This document shows positions 21,373 to 31,025 of a DNA stretch of 64,000 nt, one piece after another. The stretch comes from an uncultured delta proteobacterium. Its GTDB lineage: Bacteria; Myxococcota_A; Polyangia; Polyangiales; Polyangiaceae. The stretch's first letter is position 1. Each line of letters begins with the position of its first letter. The stretch spans positions 256,001 to 320,000 of the forward strand of contig CAVOKF010000001.1 of the NCBI GenBank assembly GCA_963696385.1, read 5' to 3'. The notes under the pieces were generated by a model. It did not search any database. It saw only the letters and a list, made by a program, of their open reading frames with translations, and was not told where the DNA came from. The translations under genes and the position numbers were made by a program.

Positions 21373-21702
21373 TCAAACCACCGCGTCCTTGATCGCTTTG
21401 ACGGGCCGCGCCTTCACGCCCTTGCTCGCGGGCTTGGCCGCAAACTTCTGCTTCTCTTTCGTAAAGGGATTGATTCCCTCCCGCGCAGGGCGCGCGGGCT
21501 TTTTGACCACGACGAACTTGGCGAATCCCGGCAGCACGAAGACACCGTTTTTCTTCAGTTCCCGATGACCCACTTCGACGAGCGTCTCGACGACTTGAGC
21601 CACTTGTTTTCGGGAAAGCCCATCGCCGATGGTCTCGGTGACTTCTTGGAGGACCGCGCTCTTCGAGAGGGGTTTCTTCTTCGCCGCCGTCGTCTTTGCC
21701 AT
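21373..21702 (-). CDS. HU-family DNA-binding protein
   Basis: LPGFAKF...AREGINPFTKE...AKPASK; RBS AAGGAG. Confidence 0.9.
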   Translation of the reverse strand: MAKTTAAKKKPLSKSAVLQEVTETIGDGLSRKQVAQVVETLVEVGHRELKKNGVFVLPGFAKFVVVKKPARPAREGINPFTKEKQKFAAKPASKGVKARPVKAIKDAVV

Positions 21703-21920
21703 GTTGCCAGTCTCCTTCATCGCAAAGAAAAGCGCCATGAGTGGTGCTTGGTCAAGACAAACGCCACGGACGGAAGCATTCCTTCGACTTCGGTTCGCTC
21801 GGCCGCGGCCCGTTTGGTTCTCGAGAGGCCGGTTCTTGCGCGCGGCAGTGCGAGCCCGTCCTGGCCGTCTGGATCGACGGATGCGGCACCGGAAAAACGG
21901 GAAGGGCGGGCACGCTTGCC

Positions 21921-21936
21921 CGGCACGACAATTGCT
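21921..21936 (+). promoter_or_regulatory. sigma54-type -24/-12 promoter candidate
   Basis: CGGCACGACAATTGCT, near-consensus, ~21 nt before the ATG at 21958. Confidence 0.55.
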
Positions 21937-21957
21937 TTATGGAACGACGGCCAACGA

Positions 21958-22827
21958 ATGGAGGCCCCTTTGAAGTGCAAAACACCGAAATCCATCGCTC
22001 TGTTGCTTTGGACAGTCACGATGGCATGCGGCGCGGGGGGGTGTAGCCCGCCCGCGTCACCGTATCCGAACGTCACGAGCTTCTGCACTGCGAAGGCGCA
22101 GGCCGAATGCCAGGTGGCGCTCGTGTGCGCCATCGATCCGGCGGCTTGCGCCGAGTACCGTGCGGGCGTTTGCGAGCAGGACGCGGCCAACGCCATCGCA
22201 TCCGGCGTTCGCGTGTACGATTCGGCGAACGTGCCGGCATGCCTTGCCGTCTTGAATGCCGCCTACGGAAATGAGAGTAGCAAAATCCTATTTGATCAGC
22301 TGTTTGGCAGTGGGTCGATTACCGATCAGTGCGAACGCGTCTTCTCGGGCGGGCTGGTCAAGGACGATTCGTGCGAGAGCGACTACGATTGCTCGCAAGG
22401 CCTCATCTGCAGCCCGACGTCGCCGGGCTCGGCGACGAGCATCTGCGCTCCCGCCACCAACTTGACTGCCGGGGCGTATTGCCAAGATCCGGGATCGGTG
22501 TGTCCCACGGACACGTACTGCTCGAACACCGGCGCAGTCTACGAATGCCAAGCCTCGGCGGAGGCCGGCGCCCCGTGCAGTTCAGCGCCGCCGTGCGTCA
22601 GCACCGAGCGGTGCATCGACGGCGTCTGTACGGCGCGAGCCTCGGTCGGCCAACCGTGCGCGACCAACGACGATTGCGCTCCCGAAGCTCCCTATTGCGA
22701 CCCCAATGCCGGAAATATTTGCACGATCGGGCTTACCTTTGCGGTCGGTTCGTCCGACTGCAAGGCGTATCTTCCGGGGGGGCCGGGTGCGGCCTCGGTC
22801 GGTGGCTCCGACGCTTCCGGGGACTGA
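21958..22827 (+). CDS. Cys-rich secreted lipoprotein
   Basis: Hydrophobic N-term with Cys; many Cys repeats such as CESDYDCSQGLIC and CATNDDC. Confidence 0.75.
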   Translation: MEAPLKCKTPKSIALLLWTVTMACGAGGCSPPASPYPNVTSFCTAKAQAECQVALVCAIDPAACAEYRAGVCEQDAANAIASGVRVYDSANVPACLAVLNAAYGNESSKILFDQLFGSGSITDQCERVFSGGLVKDDSCESDYDCSQGLICSPTSPGSATSICAPATNLTAGAYCQDPGSVCPTDTYCSNTGAVYECQASAEAGAPCSSAPPCVSTERCIDGVCTARASVGQPCATNDDCAPEAPYCDPNAGNICTIGLTFAVGSSDCKAYLPGGPGAASVGGSDASGD

Positions 22828-22945
22828 CCGAACGAGGGCGGTGGCGACCGGCCACGCGGGACGGATTCCTTCCGGCACGCCGCCGCGGCACGCCAAAGCC
22901 CACCGTCGGCGGCTGCGGTTCCGGCAAGCCTTCGTCCGGCTCGGA

Positions 22946-24295
22946 TCAGGCGCGTTGCCTCGATGCGCCGCGACGGCGGCGGCCGAGGAGCAGCCCGGCG
23001 AGGCCAGCGGCAACGAGCTCCGAGCCGTTCGCGCGCACCGAGGTCCCCGATGCGCTGCACCCCTTGCTTGATGGCCCGGCCTTCGGGACCTGGGCTGTGC
23101 CGGCGTCGGAGTCCCCACTGAGCACGCACGTGCCTTGATCGCAGGTGTAGCCCGTGTCGCACGGATTGGCGGCGTCGTCGCAAGCTTCGCACGTGAAGTG
23201 GACGCCGTCGTGCGACAGACAGTTCTCGGAACAGCACTCACCATCGGCGCCGCAGGCCGCGGCGTTCGATAGACACGACGAGGAGATTGGGGCTCCCGAT
23301 TCGCCGGTCTGACCCGCTCCGGCATCGAAGGTCGCGGCCCACGCGGGCGTCGCGTATCCGCCGAGCTGCGCCGCTTGCACGGCCGTTTGCAGGATCAACG
23401 GTCCCCACGCGTCGAAGCGTGTGTAGATGGGATCGATGCATGTGGAGCCGTCGGCGTCGTTCGATCCGCGCGATAGGACTCCAAAGCTAAGCGGCACCCC
23501 TGCGTTGAAATTCGTTTGTTCGAAGGCACCCGAGCCCGAATCGCCGTCGCATGTCCCCCCGCTCGCCACGAATTCGTTGGGCGAGAGGAAGTCGGCCGAC
23601 GCATCCGATAGGCAGCTCGGAAGAGTCGAGTCGTTGGAAAGGCAAACGACGTCGAGGTCTTGAACGATGCGTCGCGTGCCGGCCGTTTCACTCGTGGTGT
23701 CGGCGGGAGTGGTGACGCCGTATCCAATCGCGGTAAATTTCGTCGAATAAACGCCGTCGGTCATGGGAGGACTGATGACCGGCGTCACGTATTGGGGTGC
23801 TGAAATCGGTTGGGAGAGAATCAAGAGCGCCAGGTCGTTTCCGCAGAATGTGGACTGGCCGACGCCGGACGGCACGACGATCTTCTGGACCGAAGACCAC
23901 TGGGCGTCGGGGTCCACGATGCTCGTGTCGCTCGTGACGTCGATGGATTCGGGCGCGACGGTCGTGCCGAAAGCCGTGACGTCGCACGCGACGGGCTGCG
24001 GAGTGGCTGGCGCGACGCAATGGCGAGCCGTAGCGACCAGGTTCGGCGCGAGAAGCGACCCCGTGCAAATGGCGATTTCCCCGGGCTGCGCTTGCGCCTC
24101 GACGACCGCGACGACGAACGTATCCGTCGTGTCGGTCGTACCGCCCTGGATCGGCAACGCTTCGGAAGCCGTGACTTCCGGATCCGGATGGGGCCCGCTG
24201 CACGCACAGACCGTCGCCAGGGCGAACACGAGCGCACCGGCGCTCAGCCGGACGATTCCACGTTTGCGACGGCTCGACGGAGTCGGAGGAGGCAT
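22946..24295 (-). CDS. trypsin-like (S1) serine protease with a MYXO-CTERM-like sorting signal
   Basis: TARHC, NDLALL, CDGDSGSG; C-term GCSAS...LAGLLLGRRRR. Confidence 0.88.
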   Translation of the reverse strand: MPPPTPSSRRKRGIVRLSAGALVFALATVCACSGPHPDPEVTASEALPIQGGTTDTTDTFVVAVVEAQAQPGEIAICTGSLLAPNLVATARHCVAPATPQPVACDVTAFGTTVAPESIDVTSDTSIVDPDAQWSSVQKIVVPSGVGQSTFCGNDLALLILSQPISAPQYVTPVISPPMTDGVYSTKFTAIGYGVTTPADTTSETAGTRRIVQDLDVVCLSNDSTLPSCLSDASADFLSPNEFVASGGTCDGDSGSGAFEQTNFNAGVPLSFGVLSRGSNDADGSTCIDPIYTRFDAWGPLILQTAVQAAQLGGYATPAWAATFDAGAGQTGESGAPISSSCLSNAAACGADGECCSENCLSHDGVHFTCEACDDAANPCDTGYTCDQGTCVLSGDSDAGTAQVPKAGPSSKGCSASGTSVRANGSELVAAGLAGLLLGRRRRGASRQRA

Positions 24296-24471
24296 CCCCG
24301 GACTAGGGGTCCATTCCGCAAGTCGCGCGAATAAATAAGCGCAATGGTTCTTGCGGGATGGGCGTGCCGTGCGGTCGATGAATTCGCAATGCCTTACAGA
24401 CTTACGGGAGGCCGGTGTTCGAGGCAAGAGGCCCGGAGGGCGGTTCCGGCGGTAAAGGCAGTTCTTGCTGT

Positions 24472-24498
24472 AAACGTTCAATGAGCATTGAATCGTTT
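24472..24498. promoter_or_regulatory. AT-rich palindrome, operator candidate
   Basis: AAACG-TTCAATG-AG-CATTGAA-T-CGTTT in the divergent intergenic region. Confidence 0.5.
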
Positions 24499-24706
24499 CG
24501 CATCGCCGGCGTCGGGCCGAGTGGCCCGGAGACCGTTTCCCAGCTTAGCCAAATCTTTCGGGTCGAGTTCGTTCGAATCGACACGCGAAGTCGCGCCTCC
24601 GCGAGAGGGCTCCGGCCCCGCCGCGTTCGTTCGGGAGAAGAACGGTCGCCGAAGGCGGTGGTTGCCACGTGACGGACGCCGCGATCCGCTATGAGCTGTC
24701 GCCCCG

Positions 24707-25990
24707 ATGCTCCCTGCGTTGTCGCCCTTCCTGCAAGCCGTTCCCGCGGCCGTTGTTGCCGAACCTCCTCTCGACGTGCGCGAACCCCCCTTCGGCGAGT
24801 TCGACTTCAGCTGGATGAACGGCAGCAACCCTCAGCCGCCCTCCCTTCTAGGCATGGGTCCGCTCACCTGGTCGCTTTACGTCGACACGTACTTTGCGTG
24901 GGACTTCAATCGTCCTGTCGACCACACGATCTTCCCTACGACCGTCGCACCTCGCCACGATGAGATCTCCCTGAACCTCGCCCACATTGGGATCGACGTG
25001 ACCGGTCTCGACGGACCGACTGGCCGTCTTTACCTCCAGTACGGATCCATGGTCGAGACCATCGCGGGACAGGACACGACGACGACGCGCGGCTTCTTTC
25101 TAACCAATCGCCTGATGCAAATCGTGCAGCAAGCGGCGGCTGGATGGCATTTTCACGCTCTGCACGGCGTGAACGTCGAGCTCGGCATCTTCCCGTCCTA
25201 CCTCGGCCTCGAGAGCTATCTGCCGGAGGAGAACTGGGCCTATACGCACGCATTCGTGGCGGACGCCACGCCGTACTACTTTTTCGGATTTCGCGGCCAA
25301 ATCTTCACCTCCGCGCGTATGAAAGTCGAGCTTTGGGTCGTCAACGGTTGGCAGACGTTCGGAGAATGGCACGAAGGCCGGGCGGGCGGTTATCTGTGGA
25401 ACTGGCGCCCCCACGACTGGTTTTCGATCGTCAACTCGCTCTACCTCGGCCAGGAGGCTGAGGGCGATCCGGATTCACTCCGGACCTATTCGGACAACAA
25501 CGTCCAGTTGCGTTACTACCACGATAAAACGAACCCCATCTTGCGTTCGCTCGCGTTCTCGCTCGTTGCGGACCTGGGCTACGAGCATCGCGGCAACGCC
25601 CCCTCCGGGGCCATGGGCGGCATTTCTCTGTCGCATCGCTGGGAGTGGACCGAGCGGTGGAAGAGCACGCTGCGCGCGGACTACTTCTACGACAAGACCC
25701 AGGCTATTTCGCCGAAGTTCCCGGTCGGCTCGGTGTACCCGTGGAAGGGCACCGACCCGTTCGCGGCCGCTGGACTGTCGACGACGCTCGACTACTGGCC
25801 GAGCCCCTGGCTGGTGACACGCCTCGAGGCTTCGCATCGCCTCGCGAATCAGCCGCTATTTAGCGGACCAGGGGGGATTACGGGGCCTGGCGGGCAGCTG
25901 CCGGTCAACGCGGCGGCGGCGGCGACGTTCACACCCGACTTGCGGCGGACCGATAATCGGATTCTGTTCAACGTCACGCTGAGGCTTTGA
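24707..25990 (+). CDS. outer-membrane beta-barrel porin (putative beta-barrel porin-2 family)
   Basis: FDFSWMNG, GIFPSYLGLES, TPYYFFG, WVVNGWQ; amphipathic C-term FNVTLRL. Confidence 0.75.
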   Translation: MLPALSPFLQAVPAAVVAEPPLDVREPPFGEFDFSWMNGSNPQPPSLLGMGPLTWSLYVDTYFAWDFNRPVDHTIFPTTVAPRHDEISLNLAHIGIDVTGLDGPTGRLYLQYGSMVETIAGQDTTTTRGFFLTNRLMQIVQQAAAGWHFHALHGVNVELGIFPSYLGLESYLPEENWAYTHAFVADATPYYFFGFRGQIFTSARMKVELWVVNGWQTFGEWHEGRAGGYLWNWRPHDWFSIVNSLYLGQEAEGDPDSLRTYSDNNVQLRYYHDKTNPILRSLAFSLVADLGYEHRGNAPSGAMGGISLSHRWEWTERWKSTLRADYFYDKTQAISPKFPVGSVYPWKGTDPFAAAGLSTTLDYWPSPWLVTRLEASHRLANQPLFSGPGGITGPGGQLPVNAAAAATFTPDLRRTDNRILFNVTLRL

Positions 25991-26192
25991 GACCGTCTTT
26001 CGGTGTTCGCCTCCAGGTGCCTACCGCGAGCGCCCGTTCTTGCGATCGCGTTCGGCACGGGATAGCGGCCCCGTAGCGAATGGTGGCCCGGCAAGGACCT
26101 CCTAGGGCCCCGGCAAAGGCGGGCCGAAGGCCGGCGCTCGAGCCTGGAGGTGATTGTCGCGCGCGGACGAAGTGCTAGATACGGCTCGACCC

Positions 26193-26837
26193 ATGAGGCG
26201 GGCAACGGTCGGGTGCGGTTGCGCGGCTGTCCTGGCATGGGCGTCGATCGCGCAGGCCGTCGATGTGGATGGCAGCGCGGCGGGCTGGCTGGGCGCGTTT
26301 CATCCCGAAGCGGCCGCTCGGATAACGTACGGCCCGCTCAGCAGCATGGCCTCGGCGTTCCCCTTGGCGGGCGGCGGCATCGGCGCCCGCGTCGGACTGT
26401 CGTATCTCGGCCTGTACGGTGGCCTGTCGTACACGGACTACTTTTCGGAGGGGAGCTGCCTCGACAGTACCGGCCTTAGCTGTGGGTCCACGCACGGGCG
26501 CTCCTTCGGTCTCGAAGGCGGCTACAGTCGTACTTTTTTTCGGATGTGGATGGTCCGCGCGCAATTCGGCATCGGCGATTACCTGATGACGAGCGAAAGC
26601 ACGAGCATGGCGGCGTGCCCTGACGTCGCATGTTCGACAACCATGACGATATCGTCGCAGTCTTCGACGAATAGTATTTACTTTCAACCCGAAATTCTGT
26701 TTGCGCTGACGCTGGGGCCCGTACTCCTGGGTCCCGACGCGAGTCTCTTTTATATACCCAGCCCCGCCATTTGGGACGGTACGGGACGGCCCTTCGTGGC
26801 GTGCATGATGGGCCTGCAATTGGGCATCCGGCTGTAG
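26193..26837 (+). CDS. putative small outer-membrane beta-barrel protein
   Basis: Signal peptide ending AQA; GIGARVGLSY, FGLEGGY, YFQPEI, C-term GLQLGIRL. Confidence 0.6.
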   Translation: MRRATVGCGCAAVLAWASIAQAVDVDGSAAGWLGAFHPEAAARITYGPLSSMASAFPLAGGGIGARVGLSYLGLYGGLSYTDYFSEGSCLDSTGLSCGSTHGRSFGLEGGYSRTFFRMWMVRAQFGIGDYLMTSESTSMAACPDVACSTTMTISSQSSTNSIYFQPEILFALTLGPVLLGPDASLFYIPSPAIWDGTGRPFVACMMGLQLGIRL

Positions 26838-26940
26838 GGGCGTGAGCGAGAGGGAAGGGGTCTCGAGAAGTCGCAAGATGGGCGCGTCTCGGTCCGCGGG
26901 GGCCGGGCCCCACCCTCCCCCTCGCGCAGTCCCCGCGCCA

Positions 26941-27537
26941 TCAGTGCGGCAATGGCTGCGAGCGACCGAGCACTGCAAAGTCCCGTCCGTCCCAGCGGAT
27001 GTGGCACACCTCGCCGTTCGCGACCGGCGGGGGCAACGTCCCGGTCGCGGCGTGCACGAACGCGCGAATGGCTCCACCATGCGCCACGACAATTGCCGCG
27101 GCGCCCTCGTGGGCAACCCGCTCGGCGACCTCGGCGAGGGCGGTCGTCATCCGGGCGGCGACGCGCGCCGTATCTTCGGCGTCCGGCGGCGGCCGCCGCT
27201 CGGTGACCCAGAGGCGCCAGGCTTCGGCATGCCGCTCTTCGCACTCTTCTCGCGTGAGCCCTTCGAAGCATCCAAACGATCGCTCCCGCAGCGCCGGATC
27301 GACGTACGCGAGCGGCACGCCCAGGGCCTCGGCGACGACACGCGCCGTCTCGCTCGCCCGTGCGAGATCGCTCGCGACGACGCCCGCCACCGCCACCCCT
27401 CGCAGCGCTCCCGCGATGGCCAGCGCCTGAGCACGCCCTGCCGCGTTGAGCGCCACGTCGGTTTGACCTTGCCACCGGCGCGCCGCGTTCCAATCTGTCT
27501 CGCCATGGCGCGCGAGGTAAATCAGTCGGTTCGGCAT
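26941..27537 (-). CDS. histidine phosphatase (phosphoglycerate mutase family)
   Basis: LARHGETDWN, ASDLARA, LRERSFG, VAHGGAI. Confidence 0.92.
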   Translation of the reverse strand: MPNRLIYLARHGETDWNAARRWQGQTDVALNAAGRAQALAIAGALRGVAVAGVVASDLARASETARVVAEALGVPLAYVDPALRERSFGCFEGLTREECEERHAEAWRLWVTERRPPPDAEDTARVAARMTTALAEVAERVAHEGAAAIVVAHGGAIRAFVHAATGTLPPPVANGEVCHIRWDGRDFAVLGRSQPLPH

Positions 27538-27632
27538 CGTTCACCTACGGTGTGTGCGCCGCGCGGACGCTAGCATCCGTGTCTCTCCGATCGAGCGGGA
27601 GCTCGCGCCGGCTCTTGCGATTGGCCGTCCGC

Positions 27633-29108
27633 TCACGGCGATAGTGCCCGGCAGGGCGAGACGGGCTCGGACGCCAGGAGATCCGAAACACATCGTTTGC
27701 GGGCACGTCGTGAGACGATGCGAGTGTCCGCACGTCTCCGGTCAGCGGCACGAGGGGGAGCTAGCGGCATCTGGTCGGCCGGCGTCACGCACGACGACAG
27801 ATTGAACACGAGGAACTCGAGCGCCGTCTCTTGCGGCGACAGGTCGCCCGTGGCGCATTCATCCGGCACGGGCAGACTGGGGTTGTCGTTCGACGCCGCA
27901 CCGACGTGCATGGCCGTGTAAACGACCTGCCCGCACTGGCTCGGGGTCGGCGCGTCGAGTGGCGTGTTGAACGAGAAAGCCTGCGAGGCCCCGGGTGCGC
28001 TCGCGTCTGCGTCCGCTACCAGCCAGGACTGGGACGCTACGTTGGCCGGCGACAGGTCCGCGTTGTCACGCGCTTGCTCGACGGGAAGCTCTGCGTTGGC
28101 AAGCAACGCGCCCACGGTGCCGAGCCACTGTGCCAGCGCGTTGCCCTTCGCGAACGGCGCTCCATTCGGGAGAGTCGTCGTCACCACGGTGTCGATGTCG
28201 CCGATGTCGCCCTTGCCGGGCAGCCAGGTCGCCAGATTCCAAGTCCCGAACGGCCCGGTATCGAACCAGGCGTAGTGGAAGTGAGACGCAAACACGCGAC
28301 CACCGGACGCCGCATAATCGAAGAGCGCCTGTTGGTTCATGTTCGATGTCTCTTGCCCTTCGCAGGAAAGAAACACCATGTCGTAACGCCCGAGGTCAGC
28401 GACGGAGTCCCAGAGCGCGATCGCGCTGCTTGGCGCGGGATCGGCCGTAGTCGGCGCACTCTCCCCTCCGATCTTGCCGGTGCCCTGAAACACGTGGATC
28501 CGTCCGGCGCCCAACGGGTCGCCGGTGTACTCGCTCGCGTCGACGCCGATACGCCGAAACAGGCACTCAAGCGTGTCGGAACCGCCTGTCGAGACGGCGA
28601 TGGCAGGGATGTCCCCTTCGCTCTGGTTTTTGGGCAAGGTGAGCGACCCGTCCGCAAGCGGGTTTTCCTGGCAAGCTACGACCGTGGGAATTCGGAGCTG
28701 GCGGCGCCATTTGCCGATCTGCAGAACGAGCGGCACGTCCTTGCCCGGTGGCACGTCGTTCAGAACGAACTGTCCTGCTGCGTCGGTCAAGGTCGTGGTG
28801 ATCGGGCTGCCGGTGTACAGGTCCGAGCACGAGTCGCATGTGGCGCCCGAGGGCAGGGGAGCCGGAGCGCTTCCCGGCACATAGACGACGACGTTGTAGA
28901 GCGGATTGTGCCCCGCCGGATCGTAGACCGTGCCGCGAAGCGTGGTCGATTGGCCGTCGCAGGCGGGCACAGGGCTCTGCGCGGGGACCGCGCACGCGGG
29001 AGGCGCGTCGTCGAAAAGCAAGAGGCCCGTTCGAGCCCCACACGAACTCGCGACGAGCGCGACGGATACCCGGCCAAAGAGCAAGGCGTACGATCGGCGG
29101 GTCCCCAT
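27633..29108 (-). CDS. myxobacterial lipoprotein with a carboxypeptidase-regulatory-like domain
   Basis: Lipobox ASSC; GTVYDPAGHNPLYNVVVY, QIGKWRR, GGRVFASHFHY, LEFLVFNLSSC. Confidence 0.75.
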   Translation of the reverse strand: MGTRRSYALLFGRVSVALVASSCGARTGLLLFDDAPPACAVPAQSPVPACDGQSTTLRGTVYDPAGHNPLYNVVVYVPGSAPAPLPSGATCDSCSDLYTGSPITTTLTDAAGQFVLNDVPPGKDVPLVLQIGKWRRQLRIPTVVACQENPLADGSLTLPKNQSEGDIPAIAVSTGGSDTLECLFRRIGVDASEYTGDPLGAGRIHVFQGTGKIGGESAPTTADPAPSSAIALWDSVADLGRYDMVFLSCEGQETSNMNQQALFDYAASGGRVFASHFHYAWFDTGPFGTWNLATWLPGKGDIGDIDTVVTTTLPNGAPFAKGNALAQWLGTVGALLANAELPVEQARDNADLSPANVASQSWLVADADASAPGASQAFSFNTPLDAPTPSQCGQVVYTAMHVGAASNDNPSLPVPDECATGDLSPQETALEFLVFNLSSCVTPADQMPLAPPRAADRRRADTRIVSRRARKRCVSDLLASEPVSPCRALSP

Positions 29109-29364
29109 GGGGCGCGAGTATGCCTCTCGGTGGCCTTTTGCGCGACGAGGCTCGAGCTCGCACTCGACGTTATGTGCGCACAAGAGATCGACCGCGCTGG
29201 CGGAAGGTCAGCGATCCCCCCATCGCGTGCCGTCACAATCGTGCGCTGCCGAAAGACCCACGCGAACGCGCTCGACCGCGTCGGTCTGGATCGAAAAGGT
29301 GCCGGGGGTCGGATCCGGCGATCCGGCCGGGGTGGACTGCGTGCGGCCGTCCGGCGAAGCGCTC

Positions 29365-30003
29365 CTATTGGCCGACGATGATGGGGGCGCCGTAGAGGGG
29401 ACGGATTGAGATGCGATCCTCGACGTGGGCGTCGATGGGGGCGGCGGAGTCGAGACTTGCGTATGCGTCGTCGCCGCCGGCGTCCTGGGTCACGTCGGCA
29501 TCCGCGGGGACGGCAGAATCGAGGCGGGCGCTGGCGTCGTCGGCGCCGGCGTCCTGGGTCAGGTCGGCATCCGCAGGGACGGCAGAATCGCGACGGACCC
29601 CCGCGTCGTCGGGGCCGCCGTCTATGGCCACGTCGGCGTCTACGGGACCGGCAGAATCGAAGCCGCCGCGGGCGTCGCCCGGGTACACCGGGGTCACGTC
29701 GGCGTCCGCGGGCACGCCCCCGTACGGAGGAAAGAATGTGGACGACCCCGGCATCGGACCGCCGTCCTTGTCTGTCTCGGCCGCCGAGAATGGGTTTGCA
29801 CAGGCCGCTGCGGTGGCGGCGAGCGCTCCCACGCCCAAGGCATGGAGGGCCGCGCGACTCAGGCGCTTGGCCGGCGATGAGGGCGGCGGTGGCAGCTGCC
29901 GAAACGACGAGGGCAAGTCGGCCCGGCAAAACGGACAGGCCGGCTCGCTGACCCGAACGTGCCGGGCGCAATGGGGACAAGCGGCCAACGGAGTCCCGGT
30001 CAC
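29365..30003 (-). CDS. double CxxC Zn-ribbon protein with YG-P motifs and internal 23-aa repeats
   Basis: CPHCARHVRVSEPACPFC, RLSRAAL, hydrophobic stretch ending AAAC, PPYGG, PLYGAP. Confidence 0.7.
   Translation of the reverse strand: MTGTPLAACPHCARHVRVSEPACPFCRADLPSSFRQLPPPPSSPAKRLSRAALHALGVGALAATAAACANPFSAAETDKDGGPMPGSSTFFPPYGGVPADADVTPVYPGDARGGFDSAGPVDADVAIDGGPDDAGVRRDSAVPADADLTQDAGADDASARLDSAVPADADVTQDAGGDDAYASLDSAAPIDAHVEDRISIRPLYGAPIIVGQ
29443..29660 (-). repeat. 69-bp coding tandem repeat (~3.2 copies)
   Basis: ggcagaatcg recurs at 29512, 29581 and 29650; unit DSAVPADADVTQDAGxDDAxxxL. Confidence 0.85.
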
Positions 30004-30561
30004 GTGCGACCTCCGTTGGATGCAGGCTCGGCGAGTATCGCGAATGCCCCGCGCTCGAGCGGCGCTCCGCAGGCCCGGATGACGGGGCCCAGCCGCCCTC
30101 GCATGCCTGCGGCCGCCATGTCGATGGCGCGTGGCCGCCACAACGGGTTGTTCTCCGGCTTGCCGACCGTGACGATTCTCGTCCACGAGCCGTCTTTCAT
30201 GTGCTCCTCGCCATGGGAATCGAACCTCTGCCGTTCAAGGACAGCACGTTCCGCGCGGCACGACCATAGGTCCAACACCGCCTCCTTTGAGTGCCGAGCG
30301 GGCAGCCACGATGGGGATCGGGGCGTAGGCGGACGGCACACAGTGGCGCAGCGAGCCGGCGGCAGCAAATGCGCTTTTGGGCATCGGCGTCGCCGCAGGC
30401 CGCCTCGACGATAGGACCCGAGCGCGCCGGCGGATGGATCCGCGGAACGTACGCAGCGGAAACTGGAAGCCGACGCCCGCGCACCTTTCTACCGAGGAGA
30501 TCCAGTTTGGCATGGTGCATGACCTCATACACGGCTACAGACGCTCTCCAGGAGATCCAAC

Positions 30562-30930
30562 ATGGCAGTCAAAACAGCACCCACGCAAACCAAGGCAGCT
30601 TTCGTGCGTTCCGTCGATCCCAGGTTGTCCGCCAGGGACGTGATCGCCAAGGCCAAGGCGGCTGGGATTACCCTCACAGACACCTACGTCTACAACGTTC
30701 GCGGGGCGGCCAAAGCCTCCGCGAATGCCAAAGCCACGTCGAACAAGGTGACCGCGAAGCCAGCGGCATCGACCAAGACATCCGGTGCCCCCCCGGTGGT
30801 GAACAACAGTGCGAGCACGTACTCCGTCGAATCGCTGCTCAAGGCGGTCGCGGCCGAGATCGGTCTCGGACGAGCGTCCGAGATTCTGGCGGGCGAAAGG
30901 GCCAGGGTCCAGGCCGTGCTCGGGGTTTGA
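30562..30930 (+). CDS. small basic Lys/Ala-rich hypothetical protein
   Basis: RBS AGGAG; TKAAFVRS..SARDVIAKAKAAGITL..YVYNVR; LLKAVAAEIGLGRASEIL. Confidence 0.75.
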   Translation: MAVKTAPTQTKAAFVRSVDPRLSARDVIAKAKAAGITLTDTYVYNVRGAAKASANAKATSNKVTAKPAASTKTSGAPPVVNNSASTYSVESLLKAVAAEIGLGRASEILAGERARVQAVLGV

Positions 30931-31025
30931 GCCGGGCTCCGAGCGCCATCGCGTGCGGTCATCCACCTCGGTCCCCGATCGGCCGCGCTGCCGGCGCAAG
31001 TGGATCGATGGGCTCGCGATGACCC

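Noticed and set aside
21328..21957. N-terminal half of the 499-aa ORF
   Set aside because: It is antisense to the HU gene plus intergenic DNA. The real lipoprotein starts near 21958.
29443..29660. CRISPR array (repeat with ~69-bp period)
   Set aside because: The whole unit is repeated in frame inside a CDS, there are no unique spacers, and no cas genes are present.
30205..30290. tRNA-like GGTTCGATTCCC on the minus strand
   Set aside because: The T-stem does not pair beyond 2 bp and no cloverleaf forms.
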